DNA of 40,663 nucleotides from the NCBI GenBank assembly GCA_009887255.1, contig QXXW01000015.1, positions 1 through 40,663 of the forward strand, given 5' to 3'. This stretch comes from Candidatus Poseidoniales archaeon. Its GTDB lineage: Archaea; Thermoplasmatota; Poseidoniia; Poseidoniales; Poseidoniaceae. How positions within the stretch are numbered: position 1 is the first letter of the stretch; each line of letters starts with the position of its first letter. This document shows positions 27,944 through 37,444 of this stretch, piece by piece. Made by a program: the position numbers and the translations under genes. The notes below the pieces were generated by a model. It did no database searches. It was not told the origin of the DNA and worked only from the letters and a program-made list of their open reading frames with translations.

Positions 27944-29965
27944 ATGCCCATGATCAACATCACCCTTCCCGATGGTAACGTCAATGAATACGCCGCAGGC
28001 ATCACCTGTGCAGAGGTCATTACCGACGCTCTGGGAAAAAAACACGGTTGCTTGGCTGCCAGGGTGGACGGTGTTGATGTTGATTTGTCGTACGTCTTGA
28101 ACAATCCATGCACTGTTGAAGGTATTTTGTCGGATTCTCATGACGGGGTCCACATCCTACGGCACTCCGCAGCCCATTTGTTGGCTCAAGCCGTGATGGC
28201 TCTGTATCCCGGCGCCTTGCCGACCATCGGTCCTGCCATTGAGAGAGGATTTTACTATGATTTTGCGATGGACCCCATTGCCGAAGGTGACTTGAAGAAA
28301 ATCGAAAAGAAAATGCACGAACTGGCAAGGAAGAATTTCACTGTTGAACGTGTGGAATTGGACGAAACCGGGCTGCAAGAGCACTTTGCTGACAACCCCT
28401 ACAAATTGGAAATCATCAACGACAAGCTTGAGGCTGGTGACGGTTCAAGCATTTACAAACAAGGCGAATGGTACGATCTTTGCCTCGGTCCTCACGTCCC
28501 CAACACTTCTCGACTGATGTTCGTCCGATTGACGTCGGTTTCTTCGGCGTACTGGCGGGCGGATCAGGACCGGGAACAGTTGGTTCGGATTTACGGCCTC
28601 GTTGAGCCAACCAAAGAAGCCCTCAAAGCTACGCTTCACCGAATGGAAGAAGCCAAAAAACGTGACCATCGGAAACTCGGAAAAGACCTCCAACTCTTTC
28701 ACATCGACGAGGATGTTGGTCAAGGCCTCGTGCTCTGGACCCCTCGAGGGGCTGTCGTTCGGCAGGAATTGCAATCCTTCATTGGTGAACATCTCCAACG
28801 CCAAGGATACCACCAGGTCTTTACCCCGCACATCGGGAAACTCGACCTCTACAGAACATCGGGTCATTTCCCATACTACCAGGATTCACAGTACCCGCCC
28901 ATGGTGGAACGGGATCTCATGAAAAAACTCGCCGACGAGGGCTGTTCTTGTGGGGAATTGTCGAATTTGATGAAAAACGGTGAGATCGACGGGTACATGC
29001 TGAAACCAATGAATTGTCCGCATCATGTCAAAATTTATTCCAGTCAAGCCCGTTCCTATCGGAACCTACCACTCCGGTTGGCCGAATTCGGGACGGTGTA
29101 TCGCTGGGAACAATCCGGAGAGATCTCTGGCATGACCCGGGTTCGTGGATTCACGCAAGATGACGCTCATTTGTTCGTCACAGAGGACCAAATCGCCGAA
29201 GAGGTTCTTGGATGCATCGAACTGGTTCAGATCATTTTCGAAAAGTTGGGAATGACGGATTACAGGGTTCGTGTGGGGTTGCGAGACCCGGATTCTACGA
29301 AATATGTAGGAGACCCAGAACGATGGGACAAGGCCGAAGAGGCGTGCAGGGCTGCAGCCCAATCCTTGGGCGTGAATTGGACCGAAGAAGAAGGCGAAGC
29401 CGCCTTCTACGGCCCGAAGATTGACTTCGTGGTACGCGATGTCATTGGGAGAGAGTGGCAACTTGGAACCGTTCAAGTCGATTACAACCTTCCCGAACGG
29501 TTTGATTTGACCTATAAGGGCAGCGACGGAGCCATGCACCGACCGGTCATGATCCATCGAGCGCCCTTTGGTTCCATGGAACGGTTCTGCGGCGTTCTCA
29601 TCGAACACTTTGCTGGACGCTTCCCCACTTGGTTAACACCCACTCAGTGCCATGTCATCACGATACGTGAAGAGCACAAAGCCTACGCTAGCAACGTGTC
29701 ATCTGCTCTAAAGGCGGCTGGTGTACGGGTTGAAGTGGACGATTCCGACAACAACATCATGAAGAAAATTCGAAACCACAGAAAACTTCAACCCGCCTAC
29801 CTTGTCATTCTTGGCGATGAGGAAATTCAGAGCAACACGGTCAGCCTCCGTGCTCGAAACGGAGACCAAATTGCAGGGATTCCATTGGAACAATTTGTGA
29901 GGGACATTTCCCTCGAAATCAGCGAAAAGGTCATCCAACCCTCGTTGGTCCCATCCGAACCTTGA
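27944..29965 (+). CDS. thrS: threonine--tRNA ligase, bacterial type
   Basis: TGS N-terminus, RHSAAHLLA, DLCLGPHV, KPMNCPHH, RVRGFTQDDAH, FYGPKID, MIHRAPFGSMERF. Confidence 0.97.
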   Translation: MPMINITLPDGNVNEYAAGITCAEVITDALGKKHGCLAARVDGVDVDLSYVLNNPCTVEGILSDSHDGVHILRHSAAHLLAQAVMALYPGALPTIGPAIERGFYYDFAMDPIAEGDLKKIEKKMHELARKNFTVERVELDETGLQEHFADNPYKLEIINDKLEAGDGSSIYKQGEWYDLCLGPHVPNTSRLMFVRLTSVSSAYWRADQDREQLVRIYGLVEPTKEALKATLHRMEEAKKRDHRKLGKDLQLFHIDEDVGQGLVLWTPRGAVVRQELQSFIGEHLQRQGYHQVFTPHIGKLDLYRTSGHFPYYQDSQYPPMVERDLMKKLADEGCSCGELSNLMKNGEIDGYMLKPMNCPHHVKIYSSQARSYRNLPLRLAEFGTVYRWEQSGEISGMTRVRGFTQDDAHLFVTEDQIAEEVLGCIELVQIIFEKLGMTDYRVRVGLRDPDSTKYVGDPERWDKAEEACRAAAQSLGVNWTEEEGEAAFYGPKIDFVVRDVIGREWQLGTVQVDYNLPERFDLTYKGSDGAMHRPVMIHRAPFGSMERFCGVLIEHFAGRFPTWLTPTQCHVITIREEHKAYASNVSSALKAAGVRVEVDDSDNNIMKKIRNHRKLQPAYLVILGDEEIQSNTVSLRARNGDQIAGIPLEQFVRDISLEISEKVIQPSLVPSEP

Positions 29966-29974
29966 GGCTGAACC

Positions 29975-32494
29975 ATGGAAGCACCGGATATCCTTCACAG
30001 CACATCCTCAATGATGCTGTTGCCGCTCGGTTTAGCGATGCTGACGGCTTGGCTGTTTTGGGATCGAATCGTGCCGCGTCAACTCATTGGCCTTCAGGTT
30101 GCGTTCAAGACATCCGTTAACACTTACGAAATTCATCGAGTTACGAACTCAATGAACGAAGTGAAGGCCATTCTCCAACGGCGCGGAACACGGTTTGGCG
30201 TGCTGTCTTATCTTCTCGCCTTAGCTGGTATCCTTGTTCTTTTGTTTGAATTTCTCGTCTATCGCAGCGGGTGGTCCTCGGGCATCCATGGCATCAGCAT
30301 TGCCCTTGGTTTGGTCATGATTGTGTTGCCTGCTTTGGTGTCCAGTGCCACTTCGCTGGGTTCTCAAGTCATACAACCCCTCGGCACCAGCAAAGCCACC
30401 TTGCAAAACAACACCCAAGCGAGGAACCTTGCTTACGCCGCCCTTATGATCGCTTGGCTCATGCTTGCTTGGGCCCTCATGGTGGCCATGGAAGCGAGAA
30501 ATTTCGAACGCACCCACCGGCTAAGTCTCGCAGCCTTCTTCGCATTTAGTCCGGCTGTACTGGCTTATGGGCGGGTTCTTGGTTCATCATGGAACGCATT
30601 GAAGGAATCTTCTTCCCAAATTTCCAAGGGCAAGCCTTCACCGTTTCACAACCACATGCCGAACGCTCGCCAACAGTTCGTTGCTCAGCTGGTTCATCTG
30701 AACCTTGCTGTCATGCCCTTCGTGGCCTTCAACACCCTTGTCTCTGTGCTGCTGTTGCTGTACAATCCTGACATGTTCACCCACTCAGAACGGGTGCTGA
30801 ACCTTGACGAATACCGTCTTCAAAACACCTACATGGAAGAAGGTGGGCTCCTTGGGTTTTGGCTCATTGAGTTGTTTGCCTTTATCCCCGAGGAAGGCAT
30901 TCGAGTGCCGATGGTGACCTCTGTTCTGATGTTTCTTCTGCTTAACGTCGCCATCGTGGGCTTTCTGTTTGTCTACGAAGTGGCCAGGATTTTGTTCCTT
31001 GACATCCAAGATGTAGCGGGAAGGGGAGGCATTCGGTTGGCGGACAGTCGTCTTCTTCGAGCGGAGCCTGTGCAACAAGCAACGGTCCTGAATTTTTGTT
31101 TCACTGGTTTTGCAGGTCAATCGATGTTGCTGTTGGCCTTGGCCATGGTCACGTTTTGGGATTCAACCTATCTCCCACAAGGTGCGGCGTGCGGGGTTTG
31201 GGAAGACAGCCTGTGTCGTTACGTAGAAAAGGACATTCTTGAGGAATTAACATGGTTGTTGGCCTCTGGTGGCCAAATTGCCTTTTTGGGGGTGTGGGGT
31301 CTGTCCAGAGGGCGTTCAAAGGCCTTGGGTGACATCACCTTTGATGCTTCAATGGACGAAGACAGGACTCGACTTCGAGGCATGAGTGACATGATTTATC
31401 TCAAACAACAACCGATCAACGAATTGGTTGGGAACGGTGAGTGGCAAAAAGCCCTGCAGCGTTACGATGAGATGAATCACCAACAAGTGGAAACGCTTGT
31501 TGGCTTGGACATGATTCGGCGCGCTCATGCTGGCATGGTGCTCAATGCGGGCCTTGGCCGGTGGGATGAGGCAGAGGAATTGGCCATTGATTTGTTGGCC
31601 ATTCAAGGCGGACGCAACGCCGAGGGAACGAGGTTGTTTTTGTGTGCTGCAAGTCTTGCACAACGGGACCTTCGAGAGGCCGAACCGAGGCTGGAATTGC
31701 TGCCCGAACAAGACGTGGAAGGTGCCCGTTTGCGATGGTTTGCCTCCTTGATGAATCCGAAACGTCGCCTTGAAAAACACGCAGCATCCATTCTGGCCAT
31801 CGATCCTGTTACTCGAATGAACAAGGCGCTCCTGAAGGCGTACGCGAACAACACCTTGCCCACAACAAGCATTGTCCTGAGCAAACCCGTCAACCGAACC
31901 ATGTTCTTGGGACATTTGGGGCGGCTTCGGTTGAACGGTCAATCCGAACGGGCACTTGACATGCTAGAAGAAGGGATGAAAGGGGTTGATGGTGATTGGG
32001 TGCAAGGGAAAGTGGTTCAGTGTTTGCTGAACGTGGATGCTGGGCGATTGAACACCGCTGTTCGTCAGGTCGATGCGCTGGCCACCCTCCACCCTCGTCA
32101 TCCGTCGGTTCGAACCGTGCTGAACATGATGGCCAAACTTGGGCTCACGAAGATGCCACCCAGTGAAGCCACCAACATGGAATGGGCGACTGAACGGGAC
32201 ACAGACTGGCGCCATCATTGGGGTGAGCATCACGTCGCCGTTCCTCCTGCTCTTGAAACACAGCAACTGAAAGCACATGCTTGGAAGGCCAACGCTTGGG
32301 TTCTTTGGGGCACAAAAGGCATGAACGTGTCCAATCAAAAGAAAGCGGTTCGGCAGATGCCCAACGAGTTGCCAATGGGTCTTTTCCTCCACCTTTCAGG
32401 CGTGGTGAGCACCATCAAGGGACAACCCGTTGACCTGGGTTTCCCTGGTGGATTGGACTTGAACGCTGCAGAACGGGAAGGATTGCTCGATTGA
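29975..32494 (+). CDS. multi-pass membrane protein with C-terminal TPR-like helical region
   Basis: About 9-10 hydrophobic segments in the first ~445 aa, then repeats such as GRWDEAEELA; 9 nt after thrS. Confidence 0.75.
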   Translation: MEAPDILHSTSSMMLLPLGLAMLTAWLFWDRIVPRQLIGLQVAFKTSVNTYEIHRVTNSMNEVKAILQRRGTRFGVLSYLLALAGILVLLFEFLVYRSGWSSGIHGISIALGLVMIVLPALVSSATSLGSQVIQPLGTSKATLQNNTQARNLAYAALMIAWLMLAWALMVAMEARNFERTHRLSLAAFFAFSPAVLAYGRVLGSSWNALKESSSQISKGKPSPFHNHMPNARQQFVAQLVHLNLAVMPFVAFNTLVSVLLLLYNPDMFTHSERVLNLDEYRLQNTYMEEGGLLGFWLIELFAFIPEEGIRVPMVTSVLMFLLLNVAIVGFLFVYEVARILFLDIQDVAGRGGIRLADSRLLRAEPVQQATVLNFCFTGFAGQSMLLLALAMVTFWDSTYLPQGAACGVWEDSLCRYVEKDILEELTWLLASGGQIAFLGVWGLSRGRSKALGDITFDASMDEDRTRLRGMSDMIYLKQQPINELVGNGEWQKALQRYDEMNHQQVETLVGLDMIRRAHAGMVLNAGLGRWDEAEELAIDLLAIQGGRNAEGTRLFLCAASLAQRDLREAEPRLELLPEQDVEGARLRWFASLMNPKRRLEKHAASILAIDPVTRMNKALLKAYANNTLPTTSIVLSKPVNRTMFLGHLGRLRLNGQSERALDMLEEGMKGVDGDWVQGKVVQCLLNVDAGRLNTAVRQVDALATLHPRHPSVRTVLNMMAKLGLTKMPPSEATNMEWATERDTDWRHHWGEHHVAVPPALETQQLKAHAWKANAWVLWGTKGMNVSNQKKAVRQMPNELPMGLFLHLSGVVSTIKGQPVDLGFPGGLDLNAAEREGLLD

Positions 32495-34279
32495 TCAGAC
32501 CCGCCGACGAAGTCGCTCCATAGCAGCATCTGCATCGCTCAAGTGGTTCAAACAAGCCGCAATGTCGCTCTCGCCCAATCGCTCGCCTGCCAAGGCCACC
32601 GCTTGTTCACACGCTCGACGGTCGTCGTCCTCAACACCGATGTTGGAGGCATCGCATTGATTCCGCAACACTCGCCATTCGTCCAGCACAAAATCGTACA
32701 GTTCCAAGGCCTCGTCTGCCTCTTGCCCCGCCTTGTCCAACTGGGATGTCATTCGGTCGAGGAGCATACCTGCATGGCTCCATTGCTGGTCGTGAGCGGC
32801 CTCCTCAATCTCCCTCAACCCTGTTCGCCAAGTTGCCTCGTCTGCACGCCCTTCGAAGCGCTTTAGGAGTTGTTTTTTCTGCTTGAGGGCACGACGCACA
32901 TCGTCCATAGCGATGCGTTCACGTTCGATGGTTCGAACGACACCGTCCGCCAAACCGATGGCTTGGGATGCTTGGCCTGAAGCAAGGGCAGCATCGGCCC
33001 GTTCAAGCCGCTGTTTCAATTCGGTCATGTCCAAGCCGTCCGTGCTTTCGATGGTGCGGTGAGCTTGTTTCACCGACTCAGCTGCTCGACCCAAAGCCTC
33101 GTCCCCCGCTGCCAACTGATCCGGGATGACGGTGGCAAGTTCGTAGGCTTCCTTTGGGGATTCGGCTGCAAGCCTGGCTTTGGCGTCCGTCAAGAGTTCC
33201 CGCAAATGAACGGCGTCATCGTTGGTGTTGCCGTCAAGTGCACGGGCGGCTTCCGAGATGGAGCGTTCTGCAACCTGCCACCATTCCACGACCTCAAGAG
33301 CACGTTTCTTTGCTTGTCGGAACAGGAGTTCTCCTTCACGAAGCGAACCGAGGTTGACCTCTCGAACCCCCATGTCGTATGCCTTGCGAGGGCGCTTGAC
33401 GACCGGTGCAAGCGATTCTGCTTCAACCACAGTTTTCAGAGACTCAGAGCGGACGGCATCCACGTCCCCCGCAAGGGAGACCGCTCTGTTCATGTCCTCC
33501 TCGCACTCGTCCAAGAGATTCATGCCGTATTCAAGGTCAAGGTGACCTTCCTCTTTCGCCGTGGACAAGAGGCTGGAGGCTTGGGCAACGGCTGCACCCT
33601 CCGCTTTCATCTGCAACAAACGCCCTTCCAACACGTTTAATCGGTTTTTGAAGGTCCTGCGCAGGTCTCGCTGGAGGTCACCTGCAAACCAATGATAGCC
33701 TGTGTCCATGACGGCGGCGGCAAGCACAACCGCTGACAGCTGTCCACCAAGAGAGTTCTGACCTGCTCCATTCAACACGAGCACCGCTGCGGTTAAGCAA
33801 CCCACTCCAGTCATCAGTGATCGGAATCGGAGCACGCCAAAGGAGCCTCGAAGAACCTTGGTGGACAGGGCACGGCAAACCATGGCAGCTGAGAACACCA
33901 TGGCTGACCCGGCGACGTTCTTCATGGAAGGATCGTCCAGACCAAGGACGCCCAAAACGGCCAAAACAGGCCAAGCCAACGATGACGATGCGCCAAGGCG
34001 AGAACGAGCTGATGCCTCATCGAGTGCCAAATCTTGAAGGAAAATCCCCCACAACAACAACACAACTGGTGGCCCGAAAGAAGCCAAATCCACTGATTCG
34101 GCTTGAATCATGGCGTTGATGGAAGGCCATGCCAGCCACAACGCAGAAGCGAGCATGAACAAGGCAACCACCAGGGTCAAATTCTCCACAAGACGCTGAC
34201 GCCGTGCCCGTTCGGTTTCAATGGCCGCGTCGGTGTCGGCCCAAGTCACCATGCTTTTGCCTCGCCCCATCTCCTCCAT
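32495..34279 (-). CDS. membrane protein with long helical-repeat/coiled-coil C-terminal region
   Basis: About 6 TM helices then ~390 aa of A/E/L/R-rich helices; start uncertain (34279, 34270 or 34252). Confidence 0.75.
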   Translation of the reverse strand: MEEMGRGKSMVTWADTDAAIETERARRQRLVENLTLVVALFMLASALWLAWPSINAMIQAESVDLASFGPPVVLLLWGIFLQDLALDEASARSRLGASSSLAWPVLAVLGVLGLDDPSMKNVAGSAMVFSAAMVCRALSTKVLRGSFGVLRFRSLMTGVGCLTAAVLVLNGAGQNSLGGQLSAVVLAAAVMDTGYHWFAGDLQRDLRRTFKNRLNVLEGRLLQMKAEGAAVAQASSLLSTAKEEGHLDLEYGMNLLDECEEDMNRAVSLAGDVDAVRSESLKTVVEAESLAPVVKRPRKAYDMGVREVNLGSLREGELLFRQAKKRALEVVEWWQVAERSISEAARALDGNTNDDAVHLRELLTDAKARLAAESPKEAYELATVIPDQLAAGDEALGRAAESVKQAHRTIESTDGLDMTELKQRLERADAALASGQASQAIGLADGVVRTIERERIAMDDVRRALKQKKQLLKRFEGRADEATWRTGLREIEEAAHDQQWSHAGMLLDRMTSQLDKAGQEADEALELYDFVLDEWRVLRNQCDASNIGVEDDDRRACEQAVALAGERLGESDIAACLNHLSDADAAMERLRRRV

Positions 34280-34370
34280 AATGACTGCGCTGTCAACATC
34301 ATTGCACTGAGGGGTGGTCCCCAAGGTTCAAGGGTGTCTTTCGGCAGTCGTTGAAAAGCGAGGGACAACC

Positions 34371-35303
34371 ATGAGCGGACTCATCACGATGGACGATTTG
34401 ACCAACGACGAGATTCTCAGCATCCTCGATGATGCAGAACGACTGTTACCGGTTGCAAGAGGAGAAGCCTACCTTCCACTACTCCAAGGGAAAATCCTTG
34501 GGAATTTGTTTTTTGAACCAAGCACGCGAACCCGCATGTCGTTTGAGACCGCCATGAAACGCTTGGGTGGAGATGTTGTGAACCTTGGAGATGTGAAGAC
34601 TTCGTCGGTGGTGAAGGGGGAAACGCTCTACGACACCATCCAAATGGTCGATGGCTACACGGACATCATCGCCATGCGCCACCCAAGGCAAGGGGCCGCT
34701 CAATACGCCCAAGATTCTGCGGAGGTGCCGGTCCTGAACGGTGGTGATGGTGCGGGACATCACCCCACACAAACCATGCTTGACCTGTTCACCATCCGCC
34801 AAGCCCACGGCCGACTTGAAGGATTGAAGGTTGTTCTTGCTGGGGACCTTCGCTACGGGCGAACCGTGCATTCCCTCAGTCACGCCCTCACCCGTTTTGG
34901 CTGTGAATTGATTTTCGCAAGCCCCGATGTCCTGCGCATGCCGGGTGAGATTGTCGAGGATTTGTCATCACACGGAGCGACCATCGTCGAAACAAATGAT
35001 TTACTGGGTTCCATCGACACGGCGGACGTGGTTTACATGACACGAATCCAAAAGGAACGCTTCGCCGATGAGGACGAATACACCAAAGTTGCTGGTGCCT
35101 ACAAATTGCACGCAAGCAATTTGGACGGGGTCAAAGAGAGCATGATCATCATGCATCCACTCCCTAGGGTCGACGAAATCCATCCTTCCGTGGACAGCAC
35201 CCGACACGCTCGTTATTTCGAACAAGCCTTCAATGGCGTCGTTGCACGGATGGCGTTGTTGTGCAGATTGCTTGAGATTGAAGTCCCAGGGGGTGAGGCG
35301 TGA
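34371..35303 (+). CDS. pyrB: aspartate carbamoyltransferase catalytic subunit
   Basis: FFEPSTRTRMSF, HPTQTMLD, GDLRYGRTVHSL, MHPLPR. Confidence 0.97.
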   Translation: MSGLITMDDLTNDEILSILDDAERLLPVARGEAYLPLLQGKILGNLFFEPSTRTRMSFETAMKRLGGDVVNLGDVKTSSVVKGETLYDTIQMVDGYTDIIAMRHPRQGAAQYAQDSAEVPVLNGGDGAGHHPTQTMLDLFTIRQAHGRLEGLKVVLAGDLRYGRTVHSLSHALTRFGCELIFASPDVLRMPGEIVEDLSSHGATIVETNDLLGSIDTADVVYMTRIQKERFADEDEYTKVAGAYKLHASNLDGVKESMIIMHPLPRVDEIHPSVDSTRHARYFEQAFNGVVARMALLCRLLEIEVPGGEA

Positions 35304-35779
35304 TGAGTCAGGAACACAACATGCGAAGAGTGACAGCCATCCGAAATGGAACGGTCATCGATCACATCCCTGCCGGTCAAGCCATGCGGGTGTTGGAAAT
35401 GCTTGGACTGCAATCGTCAACCACCGTCCCTGTGTCCATGGTCATGAATGTCCCTTCCAAGAAGAAAGGCACCAAAGACATCATCAAAGTCGAGGACCGG
35501 GAGCTCACACAAAACGAACTCAACCGTCTTGCCCTGGTCGCTCCCGAAGCACATGTGGCCATCATTCGAGCCTACAGCGTTGCACAGAAACTGACCATTG
35601 ATTTGGGAGAGGAAGTGAAAAATGTCGTCCGATGCACCTTTTCAAATTGCATCACGGCCAACCCGAGGGAACCTCTTCCGCATCGATTGAAGATCTACAA
35701 GACCGATCCGCTTCAGTTGCGTTGCCACTACTGTGGTAGGCCACAGGACCTTGAGGATGTTATTCACAATTTGCTGTGA
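35303..35779 (+). CDS. pyrI: aspartate carbamoyltransferase regulatory subunit
   Basis: IRNGTVIDHIPAG, KDIIKVE, CTFSNCI and RCHYC Zn ligands; TGATG overlap with pyrB. Confidence 0.95.
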   Translation: MSQEHNMRRVTAIRNGTVIDHIPAGQAMRVLEMLGLQSSTTVPVSMVMNVPSKKKGTKDIIKVEDRELTQNELNRLALVAPEAHVAIIRAYSVAQKLTIDLGEEVKNVVRCTFSNCITANPREPLPHRLKIYKTDPLQLRCHYCGRPQDLEDVIHNLL

Positions 35780-36786
35780 TCTTCATCCATCAGCAGGTCC
35801 CTCATGTCGCAAGCTTTGCATTGCTCACCTGACGTCATGTTACCGCATCGCGAACATGGTTGTGGAGGCGGCGGTCGTCCACCCCCTCCACCAAGAGCAA
35901 CGACTTCATCCCGCAATGCCTTGACTTGATCGGCCATTTTCACCAACCCGTGGCGGGTTCCTGGAACATCGGCTTCCATTTTCGCAACCATGTCTCGGTG
36001 GCGCCATCGCAACGCACCACGTGCGTTCGGGCACTCCTCGTGATGCAGTGGTAGTTCCCGGTGGAGAGCATAGAGATGGACTTCTTGTTCGGGCACCCAT
36101 CGCAAAGGAACAATCCGGGGGGCCAATCCTTGGACCGGGGTGGACGTGTGTGGAGCAAGCCGAAGCGTGCGTTCCAAATCTCCGTTGGAGAGGTTCATCA
36201 ACACGGTTTGTGCCATGTCATCGAGGTTGTGCCCCAGAGCCACAACATCAGCCCCCACTTTCTCAGCGAGATGGTTAATGCCTTGACGTCGAAAAACACC
36301 GCAGTATGCACAAGCCATCCTGGGTGCGTTGTTGTCCTTGGACACGGCCATGGGGAGGCGGTTGACCACCTCGTCCATTTCAAGGAAGGACAACTCAGGA
36401 TAGGTGACGACCTCATGCGGCACACCCAATCGCTCACACAGGGATGCTGCGCATTCAATGGAAGGGGGGCGGTAACCCTCAATGCCCTCATCCACGGTTC
36501 CTGCCACGATGGTTACGTCGCGCCGTTGGCCCAGAAGGTCGACCAAAACATCCAGTAATACGGCGGAATCCTTCCCACCTGAAACGGCCACAAGGACGGT
36601 GGTGTGTGACCCTTTTCGCAGTGTGAGTTGTTTACGGAGCTCTCTGCTGATTTTTTTCCGTACCGACTTAGCAAGGTGCTTCCCACAGAGGATTCGACCG
36701 GAGTATGCTTGCTCGAGGATGGCAGGTTTGTCGCAAGAATCGCATTGGGGTATGGAAAACGCTCCATCTCCCGTTGCACCTTCCAT
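35764..36786 (-). CDS. tRNA 2-thiolation protein, TtuA/Ncs6 (TIGR00269-like)
   Basis: PP-loop SGGKDS, CAYCGVFRR, GHNLDD, terminal Zn fingers CDSC/CGKH and CSRC/CKAC. Confidence 0.9.
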   Translation of the reverse strand: MEGATGDGAFSIPQCDSCDKPAILEQAYSGRILCGKHLAKSVRKKISRELRKQLTLRKGSHTTVLVAVSGGKDSAVLLDVLVDLLGQRRDVTIVAGTVDEGIEGYRPPSIECAASLCERLGVPHEVVTYPELSFLEMDEVVNRLPMAVSKDNNAPRMACAYCGVFRRQGINHLAEKVGADVVALGHNLDDMAQTVLMNLSNGDLERTLRLAPHTSTPVQGLAPRIVPLRWVPEQEVHLYALHRELPLHHEECPNARGALRWRHRDMVAKMEADVPGTRHGLVKMADQVKALRDEVVALGGGGGRPPPPQPCSRCGNMTSGEQCKACDMRDLLMDEDHSKL

Positions 36787-36829
36787 GGTCCACCCGGAAA
36801 GGCGAAACGGTTTCAATCCACCCCTGCAA

Positions 36830-37084
36830 GATGGAGTGTAATACTTACAAACTTATCAATATGAATTTTAATTTTTCAATTGAGAATTTAGACAACTTTC
36901 CGATTGACAATTCGCACTCAATGCGCCAACCAACTCCAGAATGGGGAGCATCTCGCCGATTGTCCATTGGGCTACCGTTAAATTTCAGTTGGAATTTCCA
37001 CCCAACTGAACAAAACGGCCCTTTGCCAGGATTAAGCGGTAAACTTCTTGAAGCCTACAGCGGTGTCGTGGGATTTGAGCCATC
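36830..37084. promoter_or_regulatory. AT-rich divergent control region with inverted repeat
   Basis: Very AT-rich tract 36838-36895; TTCAGTTGG-N9-CCAACTGAA at 36984-37010. Confidence 0.55.
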
Positions 37085-37444
37085 ATGTTGAACCGCGTGT
37101 TGACCGTTCTTCTTGAGAAAGAGTCGTTGGATGAAGTCTCCATGATTGACGACATGGGTCGCTTGTTGTCCAGCGTCACCCGGGCGGGGCGTTTGCCCGA
37201 TGCCGATGCTCACGTAGCCTTGCTCATTGATGCCCTTGAGGCTCAGCAACGAATGGGCCTTGGCGACCTGCATGAAGTGTGGGTCGAGGGAAAGGATCGG
37301 ACCCTCATTGACATCGTCACACCTCATCGAATTCTCATCGCTCAAGGCCGAGAAGGCCGTTTGGGCCGCTGGCGCCACAGTGTTGACCACCTTCGGTCGG
37401 CCTTGGCCACCACACCCTCCAAAGAGGTGACCGTTGATGTTTGA
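37085..37444 (+). CDS. Roadblock/LC7 (MglB-like) domain protein
   Basis: helix - EVSMIDDMGRLL - helix - MGLGDLHEVWVEG - two strands - RLGRWR helix fits the roadblock pattern and size. Confidence 0.65.
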   Translation: MLNRVLTVLLEKESLDEVSMIDDMGRLLSSVTRAGRLPDADAHVALLIDALEAQQRMGLGDLHEVWVEGKDRTLIDIVTPHRILIAQGREGRLGRWRHSVDHLRSALATTPSKEVTVDV

